DNA of 64,000 nucleotides from positions 320,001-384,000 of the forward strand of contig JBIJDH010000004.1 of assembly GCA_044344255.1 (NCBI GenBank), in the 5' to 3' direction. Positions within the stretch are counted from its first letter, which is position 1. Each line of letters starts with the position of its first letter. Positions 20,943 to 29,280 of this stretch are shown here, piece after piece. Origin of the DNA: Myxococcota bacterium (GTDB taxonomy: Bacteria; Myxococcota_A; UBA796; UBA2385). The notes under the pieces are model-generated. The model had not been told where the DNA came from and did no database searches. It worked only from the letters and a program-made list of their open reading frames with translations. Both the position numbers and the translations under genes were made by a program.

Positions 20943-23639
20943 TCAGAAGTTGAATTCAGCCTGGAAGCCGGGGGAGGGCACGAAGGGTAAGCCGCGAATC
21001 CAGGTCTGCTCGGTGTAGTCGTAGTTGTAGAGGGTGAACTCCGGGTTGGTACCACGGGCCACGTTGAGGAGGTCGAGGAAGACCTCAAGCTGCCAGCGCT
21101 TGAAGGCGAAGAGCTTGTCCACTCGGGCGTCCAGCGCGAAGAAGTCGGGCATCCGAGACGAGTTGTAGGTGTCCGTCGCGTAGGGGAAGTAGAAGCTCTG
21201 ATCGACGTCGTAGACCCCGCCCGCGTAGGGTGTGTAGGGGTTGCCCGTCACGTACTGGACCTTGGCCGAGACCCCCCAGTCCCTCGGCAGCTCGTAGCCG
21301 GCGACCGTGACGAGGATGTGCGTCTGATCGAATTCGAAGGGGTACCAGGTGTCGGCGCCGGGCTGGCCGGTGGCGACCACCTGGCGCTCGTCTGCCACCC
21401 GGTCGGGGAAGTCGTTGCGCTCTGACTTGGACAGCGTGTAGCTGACCCAGCCGAAGAGGTGCTTCACGGGGGCCTGGCGGACGATCACCTCGAGGCCGTA
21501 GGCGCGGCCGATGCCCTCGTTGGTGAAGTAGGGGTCGGAGAGGTCGGTGAAGTCGGGGTTCTGGACGATCCGATCGCGCAGGTCCTTGTAGAACACCGAG
21601 CCGTCCGCCTGCAGGCCCGGGCGGATGATCTGCTCCCAGCCGAGCTCGGTGGAGAGCGCCTTCTCCATGTCCAGCTTGACCACGCCCTCGGGGCGCCAGG
21701 CCTCGAAGGGCTGGGGTGGCTGGTTGTACAGTCCGGCCCCGCCCTTCAACGTCCCTCCCTCGGTGACACGAAAGCGGGCGTTCAGGCGGGGGTCGAGGCC
21801 AAATGTGGTCAACATCGGCTCGTCCCGTGAGGAGTCGGTGATGACGACCGTGTCCATCCGGAGCCCGGGGACGATCAGCAGGCGGTCGCGGTCGCGGAGG
21901 GGGCGCAGCTCGGCGTCGACGTAGAGGTCGGGGCCCCAGCCGCCGCCCGCTCCGGACGTGACCCAGGGCTGCCGCTCGGCGAGGGGATCGTAGCTGCCGA
22001 GGCCGCTTGGATCGAAGGCGAGCTTGGCGTCGAAGTCGTAGAGCCCGCCGATGAAGTCGAACCCAGGGGTGATCGTAATAGCCGGGGTGGGTGCCCAGGC
22101 GAGCTCGGTGCGGAGCTCCAGCAACCACTGACCTTGATCGACCCGGAAGCTGTCGCCGAGGCCGAGGCTGACGCCGTCGAAGCCCACGGAGGGGGTGACG
22201 AGCAGGCGCAGGGTGTCGGTGAAGGGGTGCAGCCAGGACAGTCCGACCCGGTGTGTGCTGTAGGTGGTGCCGAGGTCACCCTGGGTGTCGGCGTCGGTGC
22301 CCTGTGCGTAGCCGTCGGGGGTGCTCACGAGGAGCTGGTCTTGAAAGCCGAAGATCAGGAACGACAGGCGATCGCGGCTGGCGTCGAGGCGGGAGAGCTT
22401 GAGCTGATAGTCGTACCAACGGGGCTTGACGACGAACTCGGGATCGGGGACGAAGTAGGGGATGATCGCGTCGATGTACGAGCGACGCCCTGCGACGGCG
22501 AGGCCCCAACCCTTGTCCTTGCCTACGCGCCCCTCGACCAGCACGCCCGTGTCGAGGGCGTCCGTGTTCCAGACCACGCGGTTTCGCTCGGGGAAGGTCG
22601 TCTTGGAGCGGACATCGACCACGCCGCCCATCGAGCGACCGTACTGCACGCCGTAGCCGCCAGGCAGGTAGTCCACCGCCTCGACGAGATCGGCATTGAA
22701 GACCGATGAATAGCCGCCGAGGTGATAGATGAGGGGGATGCGGATCCCGTCCACGTAGACGGCGGAGTCCTCGGGGTTGGCCCCGCGGATCACCAGCAGG
22801 CCGGTGCCGAGCGGCGCGCGTGCGGCGCCTGGGAGGTTCTGAATGACGCGGACGGGATCGCCGAAGGTGCCGGGGATGCGACGCACCTCGTCCATCGACA
22901 GCGTACGACGGGTGATGTCCGCCTCGGGCTTGCGGTACAGGCCGACGATCTCGTTGGCGTGGTAGTTCGCGTTTCGGATCCACAGGCGGAGATCGGTCAC
23001 CTGGCCCACGAGGATCTCGACGGTGCGGGTCTCCTCGACGTAGCCGATGGTGGCGGCGGTCACGGTGACGGTGCCCTCCGGCACGCCGCGGCAGGCCCAG
23101 CGGCCCTTGGCGTCGGTCGCGGTGTCGCAGACCGCGGTGCCCTTCGACACGACATGGACCGGCGCTCCGTCGACGGGCGCTCGGGTGCCCATCTCGATCA
23201 GGCTGCCCTCCAAGTTGACGGGCAGCTCCGCCACGGGCGGGAGGGGGGCCTCAGGGACCGCGTCCACATGGCCACGGGCGTCAGCGACGAAGCCGTAGTC
23301 GAACTCGATCGCCACCGGCACGGGGCCGGTCGCGTCCTCGGCCGGGCGGAAGCGGAACTGGCGGGCCGCCTCGAGGGCGGCTTCGTCAAAGCCTTCGCCG
23401 GCCGGCGCGATCAGCTCGACCTCGGTGACGAGCCCGAGGGCGTCGATGGTGATGAGCAGCTTCACCGTGCCCTCTCGCCCGGCGGCTCGTGCGGCCTCGG
23501 GGTAGGGGGCCTGCACGAATTGCAGCAGCTCGGGTTGGACGGTGAGGGGGAGGGGATCGGCGTCGGCCGTTGGGGAGGGAGCGGGAGGCTCGGTCGCACC
23601 GGCGAGCGGGGCCCAGAGCAGCGCGAGCAGGGGGATCAT
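20943..23639 (-). CDS. TonB-dependent receptor with N-terminal TonB-C and carboxypeptidase-like domains (MxcH-type architecture)
   Basis: YPEAARAAGREGTV...FDEAALEAARQFRFRPA (TonB-C); IPGTFGDPVRVIQNLPG (plug); GRAYGLE; FGWVSYTLSKSER; terminal Phe. Confidence 0.92.
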   Translation of the reverse strand: MIPLLALLWAPLAGATEPPAPSPTADADPLPLTVQPELLQFVQAPYPEAARAAGREGTVKLLITIDALGLVTEVELIAPAGEGFDEAALEAARQFRFRPAEDATGPVPVAIEFDYGFVADARGHVDAVPEAPLPPVAELPVNLEGSLIEMGTRAPVDGAPVHVVSKGTAVCDTATDAKGRWACRGVPEGTVTVTAATIGYVEETRTVEILVGQVTDLRLWIRNANYHANEIVGLYRKPEADITRRTLSMDEVRRIPGTFGDPVRVIQNLPGAARAPLGTGLLVIRGANPEDSAVYVDGIRIPLIYHLGGYSSVFNADLVEAVDYLPGGYGVQYGRSMGGVVDVRSKTTFPERNRVVWNTDALDTGVLVEGRVGKDKGWGLAVAGRRSYIDAIIPYFVPDPEFVVKPRWYDYQLKLSRLDASRDRLSFLIFGFQDQLLVSTPDGYAQGTDADTQGDLGTTYSTHRVGLSWLHPFTDTLRLLVTPSVGFDGVSLGLGDSFRVDQGQWLLELRTELAWAPTPAITITPGFDFIGGLYDFDAKLAFDPSGLGSYDPLAERQPWVTSGAGGGWGPDLYVDAELRPLRDRDRLLIVPGLRMDTVVITDSSRDEPMLTTFGLDPRLNARFRVTEGGTLKGGAGLYNQPPQPFEAWRPEGVVKLDMEKALSTELGWEQIIRPGLQADGSVFYKDLRDRIVQNPDFTDLSDPYFTNEGIGRAYGLEVIVRQAPVKHLFGWVSYTLSKSERNDFPDRVADERQVVATGQPGADTWYPFEFDQTHILVTVAGYELPRDWGVSAKVQYVTGNPYTPYAGGVYDVDQSFYFPYATDTYNSSRMPDFFALDARVDKLFAFKRWQLEVFLDLLNVARGTNPEFTLYNYDYTEQTWIRGLPFVPSPGFQAEFNF

Positions 23640-24577
23640 CCCGGCACCTCGACGTGCAGGTAGCGCCAAGCCATCCCGCCGCGCCGATCCCTCATCAGGA
23701 CGAGGACGAGGCCGCTCCAAGGCGCCGAGGGCGCCGTCCAGACAACGCCGGAGGAAGGGTAGAGGCTGAAGGGCTGATCGAACTCGCCACCCTCGGTGTA
23801 CCAAGAGAAGTACGGCTCTTCGCTCCGCTCTTCGGCGCCGCCGCCTTCGTCGACGTACACGTAGCTCTCGAGGGAGGCCGGGGAGTACAGCGGGTCGATC
23901 TGGTATTGGCGGCCCGCCCGGACCTCGACGACCTCGGACTGATCGTCTACGATCTCGATGGATGCGTCTTCACTGCCCTTGGTACGGAGGGCGACCCGGA
24001 GGCCAAGGAGCTCGGGGTTGTGGTTCGGGGTGGTCGAGAGGCTGATCGGGACTCGCTTGTAGGCCAGCTCGATGTCGCCGTCGCTGTCAGCACCCTCGGG
24101 GATCACCGAGACGTTGATCAGGGCGCTCAGGCCCTCTTGAGCGGCAGCTTCGTCGAGGCCGTCGAGCGCGCCGACGGGGGCGGTCCACACGGGCGCGAAG
24201 AGCGGTTCGTAGCCGATGAGACCGGCGGCGACGAGCGTTTCGTTGAGCTCGGCGAGGTCTTCGTCGCTCAAGGTGGAGGGGTCGGCGCCGGCCAGCTGGT
24301 CCAACAGCCCGGGATCGGCGGTGCAGCCGAAGTCGTCGGCGGCCTCCGGGAGGCACGCGAACCATGCCGTCCCGGCGATGGAGGCCCCCTCCGGTTGGTA
24401 CACGAGCGAGGAGAAACGGATCACCTCCCCGGGGCGGGCCTCCGCCGGCTCGGCCCGGATCGCGAGCAGGCGCAGCCGGTCGAGCTGCCACTCTTGCGCC
24501 AGACCGTAGTCGCTGCAGCCGACACCCACCGAGAGGCTGAGCGCGAGGGCGACGGGAGCGAAGCGAGGTGCGGGCAT
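23636..24577 (-). CDS. Lipoprotein partner of the TonB-dependent receptor
   Basis: VGC lipobox; LRLLAIRAEP, FSWY..GGEF, RDRRGGMAW motifs; ATGA overlap with the receptor. Confidence 0.75.
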   Translation of the reverse strand: MPAPRFAPVALALSLSVGVGCSDYGLAQEWQLDRLRLLAIRAEPAEARPGEVIRFSSLVYQPEGASIAGTAWFACLPEAADDFGCTADPGLLDQLAGADPSTLSDEDLAELNETLVAAGLIGYEPLFAPVWTAPVGALDGLDEAAAQEGLSALINVSVIPEGADSDGDIELAYKRVPISLSTTPNHNPELLGLRVALRTKGSEDASIEIVDDQSEVVEVRAGRQYQIDPLYSPASLESYVYVDEGGGAEERSEEPYFSWYTEGGEFDQPFSLYPSSGVVWTAPSAPWSGLVLVLMRDRRGGMAWRYLHVEVPG

Positions 24578-24627
24578 GGAGGCCGAAGACGGAGGGGTGG
24601 GGCCACGACCCCGCGGGGTCCCGGGCG

Positions 24628-25368
24628 TCAGTTCAGGGCGCGGAACGAGCAGTAATATGGCACGTCCACGATCGTCACCGCGGTGTCACCCTGTTTTCCG
24701 GGCTTGCATCGTTTGGCCCGCTTCACCGCATCGACGCAGGCTGCGTCTGCCGAGGCCAGGAGGCTGGTGATCACGCGCACGTTGCGGATCTCACCGGACT
24801 CGCTGACGTCGAAGAGCAGCTTGGCCTTCCCCTGGGGTTGCTTCTCGATCACCTCGTCGGGGACCGTCGGCGGCGGGATGTCGCAGCTCGGCGCCTTCGT
24901 CGCCGCGGCGAGGGAGGCCGTAACGGTGGCCTCTTCGGGCTTCAACACCTCCTTGGTGGCCGCCGTGCTGAGGCTGGTGCCCGCCCGAACGTCGAGACCG
25001 GGACCGGCTCCGCCCGCGAAAGAGCTGGCGCTCAGACCTTGGACGAGGCGTCGCGGCTTCGGGGTGGGATCGGTGACCGGCGGCGGCTCCTTGACGGTCT
25101 CCTTGAAGGCCACCTTCTCTGCGGGCTTCGGGGCCTTCGGTTTTGGGGGTTCGGGCTCGGGCTTGGGTGGCTCGGGTGGCGGAGGTGGGGGCGGGGGCGG
25201 TGCCACCACGTCCATCCTCACCCAGGTGTCCTTCTTCTCCACGCTCGGGGGGGTCATCCAGATCACCGCGCCGAAGACCGCGTGCGCCCCAATCGCGAGC
25301 AACAGCGCGAGGGGGCGGAGCCAGCGCTGGAGGCCGGACTCCTCCTCGAAGGGGAGGTGGCTGCTCAT
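24628..25368 (-). CDS. tonB: Energy transducer TonB
   Basis: TM helix with His (AIGAHAVF); poly-Pro/PEPPKP spacer; TonB-C-like C-terminus. Confidence 0.85.
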   Translation of the reverse strand: MSSHLPFEEESGLQRWLRPLALLLAIGAHAVFGAVIWMTPPSVEKKDTWVRMDVVAPPPPPPPPPEPPKPEPEPPKPKAPKPAEKVAFKETVKEPPPVTDPTPKPRRLVQGLSASSFAGGAGPGLDVRAGTSLSTAATKEVLKPEEATVTASLAAATKAPSCDIPPPTVPDEVIEKQPQGKAKLLFDVSESGEIRNVRVITSLLASADAACVDAVKRAKRCKPGKQGDTAVTIVDVPYYCSFRALN

Positions 25369-25865
25369 GGGCTCGCCGAGGCCGGTGCCGTGGGAGTGGC
25401 CGCAGAGGGCGGGAGGGCGCCGGCGGCCTCAGCGGGCAGAGCGCCGGGGTCGATGTTGATCGCGAACTTCGTGACCCCCTCTTGGCGGACGAGGTCAATC
25501 AAGCCCACGACCTCGCCGTGCGGGACCACCTTGTCCGCGCCGATCAAGCAGATCACGTCCTTGCCTTCGGCTTGAGCGGCGGTCCGCTCGGCGCGGAGTC
25601 GGGCCCGCAGGCTTTCCCTGGTGGCCGGCTCTCCGTCGATCGTCAGGTTCAACGAGGGGTCGATCATCAGGGCGAGGGAGGTGTCCGACGCCGTCTCGCC
25701 CGTGGCGGCCTTCGGCAGCTCGACCTTGATCGACTGCTTCACGATGTAGCTGGAGGTGACCATGAAGATGATCAGCACCACCAGCACGATGTCGACGAAG
25801 GGGGTGATGTTGATGTCGACGATGCCCTCGTCGTCGCCGCCGCCGCCGCCGAGCTTCGAACCCAT
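25365..25865 (-). CDS. exbD: ExbD/TolR family protein
   Basis: INITPFVDIVLVVLIIFMV (conserved Asp); ADKVVPHGEVV. Confidence 0.93.
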   Translation of the reverse strand: MGSKLGGGGGDDEGIVDINITPFVDIVLVVLIIFMVTSSYIVKQSIKVELPKAATGETASDTSLALMIDPSLNLTIDGEPATRESLRARLRAERTAAQAEGKDVICLIGADKVVPHGEVVGLIDLVRQEGVTKFAINIDPGALPAEAAGALPPSAATPTAPASASP

Positions 25866-25866
25866 C

Positions 25867-26517
25867 TCAGGCCCCGCCGTGCGGCTGCGCGGAGGCGGAG
25901 CGGAGGCGGGCGAGCGTGATCGCCGCGAGGCTCTCGAGGCGCCCCAGGCGCTCCTTGTTGCGGCGCTGGAACCAGTTGTAGAGCACCACCGCGGGGATCG
26001 CGACGATGAGGCCGGCGGCGGTCGCCACCAGGGCCTCCGAGATGCCCGACATCACTGAGCTCATCCCTTCGGCGTTGTCCATCGAGAGGTCCTTGAAGGC
26101 CTTGATGATGCCGAGAACTGTGCCGAAGAGACCGAGGAAGGGTGAGTTGGAGCCGACGGTGCCGATGACGAGCAGGCCTCGCTCGAGCTTGAGGCGCTCG
26201 GAGAGGAGCGTCCCAGCGGTGACCGCCTCTCCGGCCTCGGGGCCGTTACGAAGGGTGGCCTCGACGCCGGCCGCGAGCACCCGCGCTTCAAGGCCCTTCA
26301 TCTGGGAGAGCTCGCGCTCGAGGGCAGCAGCGTCACCCCCCTTGAAGAAGGCGTTCACCGCGGCCTGGAAGGGGCCGGTGGGGGTCGCGTTGAGCAGGCT
26401 GTAGATCAAGCGTTCAAAGGCGATCGTGAAGCAGAGGACCGACAGGCCGACCAGCAGCCAGAGCACCCAGGCGGCGCCGCCGAGCGCGAATTGGAAGAGC
26501 TGTTGCTCGATGAACAC
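25867..26517 (-). CDS. exbB: MotA/TolQ/ExbB proton channel protein
   Basis: GTG at 26517 with AGGAG RBS; SPFLGLFGTVLGII; GISEALVATAAGLIVAIPAV. Confidence 0.92.
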   Translation of the reverse strand: MFIEQQLFQFALGGAAWVLWLLVGLSVLCFTIAFERLIYSLLNATPTGPFQAAVNAFFKGGDAAALERELSQMKGLEARVLAAGVEATLRNGPEAGEAVTAGTLLSERLKLERGLLVIGTVGSNSPFLGLFGTVLGIIKAFKDLSMDNAEGMSSVMSGISEALVATAAGLIVAIPAVVLYNWFQRRNKERLGRLESLAAITLARLRSASAQPHGGA

Positions 26518-26633
26518 GGGTTCTCCTGTCTTTCGACGGGGATGTCCGCCGGGATCCGGCGACACCGGCGGGGTGGAGGGACGCATCCCTGAGCGCGAAG
26601 GTCTGGGAGTGTAACCGCGGGCTTGGGCACCGC

Positions 26634-27149
26634 CTACGGCGAAGGCACGGGTATGCACATACTTTGTAAAGGGTGGTCGGCGGCTAGCTGGAGCCCGACG
26701 AAGGTCGGCGGGGGCCGCAGACCGGCCCGCGCCACAGCCGGTGGCGCCGAGATCACCCGGTTCGCGAGGTTGATCCAAGCGGTCGCGTCGGGGACTCCGG
26801 TCGAGGAGGCGAGCACACAGCCTTGGGCGTCGAAGAACCACATCCGAGGCGCCGGGCCGAGCGATGGTGCGATCTCGGGGATCAGGAACCATGGCTCGAA
26901 GCGGTCATTCAAGAAGGTCGTGACGTCTTCGTCGGCGGCGATCTGATCCAGCGGTCCTCCCGGCTGGTCGATGAAGACCGCGAGCGGACGGCCACTGGGT
27001 GGGCCCGGCCCGGTCCAGAGCACCCACGGGGCCGTAGACCACCGCGGGAGCCCGGGAGGGGGAGGGGCCGGTGGTGGATCAGGCGGATCGGCGCAGCCGG
27101 CCCAGGTGAAGGCCGCGAGGAGGCGGAGCGATGTGCCTCGTGCGTTCAG
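26634..27149 (-). CDS. Hypothetical lipoprotein with a degenerate thioredoxin-like region; start uncertain (CTG 27149 or GTG 27023)
   Basis: The frame stays open upstream of 27023 and encodes LRLLAAFTWAGC. DEDVTTFLNDRF resembles thioredoxin-like folds, but there is no CxxC. Confidence 0.5.
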   Translation of the reverse strand: MNARGTSLRLLAAFTWAGCADPPDPPPAPPPPGLPRWSTAPWVLWTGPGPPSGRPLAVFIDQPGGPLDQIAADEDVTTFLNDRFEPWFLIPEIAPSLGPAPRMWFFDAQGCVLASSTGVPDATAWINLANRVISAPPAVARAGLRPPPTFVGLQLAADHPLQSMCIPVPSP

Positions 27150-27178
27150 TCTGCTCCTCGCATGGGGTCCGCGGGAAC

Positions 27179-27207
27179 AAAAACGGCCCTACCGGAGGGT
27201 AGGGCCG
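27179..27207 (-). terminator. Intrinsic terminator of tRNA-Cys
   Basis: 10-bp stem CGGCCCTACC/GGTAGGGCCG with a 4-nt loop; T5 follows on the minus strand. Confidence 0.8.
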
Positions 27208-27230
27208 CTGATGAAGACGCTGATGAAGAG

Positions 27231-27307
27231 TGGAGGCGACGACCGGATTCGAACCGGTGAATACGGGTTTTGCAAACCCGCCCCTTAAGCCACTTGGGTA
27301 CATCGCC
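27231..27307 (-). tRNA. tRNA-Cys (GCA)
   Basis: Cloverleaf GGCGATG...CGTCGCC-T-CCA; anticodon arm CGGGT-TTGCAAA-ACCCG; T-loop TTCGAAT; U discriminator. Confidence 0.95.
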
Positions 27308-27373
27308 TGGAGCGGCTGCCTCCTATTGGATTGAGCGCCGACGTCAAGGGGCCGCGCCGGTTAGCCCGGGCGG

Positions 27374-28189
27374 GTGCCAGCCCTGACCGTCACCATCATC
27401 GCCCGGGATGAGGCCGACCGCATCGGCGATGCCATCCGTTCGGTGGCCTTCGCCGATGAGGTGCTGGTGCTCGACAGTGGCTCTCGCGATGACACCTCTG
27501 CGATCGCGCGGGGCCTCGGGGCGCGGGTGATCGAGACCGACTGGCCCGGCTATGTGGCTCAGAAGAACCGCGCGGTCGAGGCGGCGTCGAATGACTGGGT
27601 CTTCGGCCTCGACGCGGATGAGCGGGTGAGCGACGAGCTCGGCCGGGAGCTCCGGGCGTGGCGGTCCGGGGGAGCGCCGGCGGCGGCGGGCTTTCAGGTC
27701 GGGCGCCTCACCTGGTGGATGGGAGCTCCGATCCGGCACGGGGCCTGGTGGCCCGATCGGCGTGTCCGCCTCTTTGACCGGCGGCGTGGGTGCTGGGACG
27801 GCCACGATCCCCATGACTACGTGCGGGTCCAAGGGTCGATCGGTGCTCTCCACGGGCTCCTTCATCACCACCCTTATCGGGACCTGCGGGAGCATCTCAG
27901 CACCATCGAGCGATACAGCGCGATCCATGCCCAGGGCGCGCGGAGTCGTGGGGAGCGCGCGCGGTGGGTCGACCTCCTGGTCCGGCCGCCTGCCTATCTA
28001 CTCAAGGCCCTGTTCTGGAAGCGGGGGGTGATGGACGGTGCGAGGGGTCTCTGCCTCGCCTTTCTCGGGGCGGCGGCGGTCTCGCTCAAGTGGACGCGCC
28101 TCCTCCTGGAGGAGGGTGCAGGCGGCGAGACAGAGTCGAGGCCGAGGGCCGAGAGGTCGGTCACCGCCCTCGACCGGGTGGACCGATGA
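27374..28189 (+). CDS. Glycosyltransferase family 2 (LPS core WaaE/KdtX-like)
   Basis: IIARDE, DSGSRDD, QKNRA, LDADE motifs. Confidence 0.9.
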   Translation: MPALTVTIIARDEADRIGDAIRSVAFADEVLVLDSGSRDDTSAIARGLGARVIETDWPGYVAQKNRAVEAASNDWVFGLDADERVSDELGRELRAWRSGGAPAAAGFQVGRLTWWMGAPIRHGAWWPDRRVRLFDRRRGCWDGHDPHDYVRVQGSIGALHGLLHHHPYRDLREHLSTIERYSAIHAQGARSRGERARWVDLLVRPPAYLLKALFWKRGVMDGARGLCLAFLGAAAVSLKWTRLLLEEGAGGETESRPRAERSVTALDRVDR

Positions 28190-29280
28190 GGCTCGGTCTC
28201 ATCGTTCGACGCCTGAGCAGCCAAGGGGGCACCGAGCGCTTCGTGCTCGGGCTCTGCCGCGTGCTGGTCGAGCGCGGCCACGCGGTGACGGTTTGGTGTG
28301 ACGGGGTGGACGAGCGACCGCCGGGGGTCGAAGTGCGCCCGCTCGGTGCGGGGGGGCGAGGTCGGGTCGGGCGGATGATCGCGATGCAACTTGCGGTCGC
28401 CCGACTGGATCGTCGTTCGCTCGATCGGGTCGTGGGCTTCCTCCGCGCGCCCGGGATGGACGTCTTTCGAGCCGGAGGCGGAGCGCACGCCGCCTGGATG
28501 GAGGTCCGCGGCTGGAGCCTCGCCGACGCCATCGAGCGGCACTACGATCAGCGGGCCCTCGAGAGCGCAGGCGTGGTCGTGGTCAACAGTGAGATGGCGG
28601 CTCGGGACGTGGCCACCCGCTGCCGAATCGCGCCCGACCGTCTCCGGCTCGTGCGGAACGGCGTCGACCTCGAGCGCTTCCGCCCGTCGCCCGTCGGGGG
28701 CGCTGCGGGTGCAGGAGGGGGGAGCGTGCGGGAGGGTCCTGGGGAGGGTCGCGGCGCGCGGCGACGGGTGACCTTCCTCGGGAGCGGCTTCGCCCGAAAG
28801 GGCCTCGCGGTCGCGATCCGCGCCGTGGCCGCCCTCCCCGGCGTGGCCCTCGACGTGCTCGGCGCCGATCGCCATCAGGGGCGCTTCGCGGCCCTGGCCT
28901 CCCGGTTGGGGATCGACGCACGCGTGCGCTTCCTCGGCGCGGTCGAGGCTCCGGAGCGGCTCCTCCCCGTGTCCGACGCCTTCATCCTCCCCACGCGCTA
29001 CGACCCCTTCGCCAACGCCTGTCTGGAAGCGCTGGCCTGCGGCGTCCCGGTCATCACCTCTCGCCGAAACGGAGCCGCCGAGGTGTGCCCCTACCCCTGG
29101 ATGAGCGTAGAAGACCCTGAGGATGTGGCCGGTTTTGCCCGTGCGTTGGGGACCGCCTTGGACACCGCTGGCTTACGGGACGACTGCCGCGCCGCAGCCG
29201 AACGTTGGCCTCATTCCCTCTCGTTTGCCCACATGGCGGCCGTGATCGAGGCTGAGAGAGCCGTGGAGCGTCCCCGATGA
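28186..29280 (+). CDS. Glycosyltransferase family 4 (WaaG/RfaG-like)
   Basis: GGTERF, NGVD, GSGFARKG, PTRYDPFANACLEALACG; ATGA overlap with the GT2 gene. Confidence 0.9.
   Translation: MRLGLIVRRLSSQGGTERFVLGLCRVLVERGHAVTVWCDGVDERPPGVEVRPLGAGGRGRVGRMIAMQLAVARLDRRSLDRVVGFLRAPGMDVFRAGGGAHAAWMEVRGWSLADAIERHYDQRALESAGVVVVNSEMAARDVATRCRIAPDRLRLVRNGVDLERFRPSPVGGAAGAGGGSVREGPGEGRGARRRVTFLGSGFARKGLAVAIRAVAALPGVALDVLGADRHQGRFAALASRLGIDARVRFLGAVEAPERLLPVSDAFILPTRYDPFANACLEALACGVPVITSRRNGAAEVCPYPWMSVEDPEDVAGFARALGTALDTAGLRDDCRAAAERWPHSLSFAHMAAVIEAERAVERPR

Noticed and set aside
25365..26517. Calling exbB/exbD the gliding motor aglR/aglQ/aglS
   Set aside because: There is only one ExbD-like gene, the SEALVATAAGL motif is canonical TolQ/ExbB, and the operon has its own TonB and receptor. 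Kept only as a hypothesis of a shared motor.
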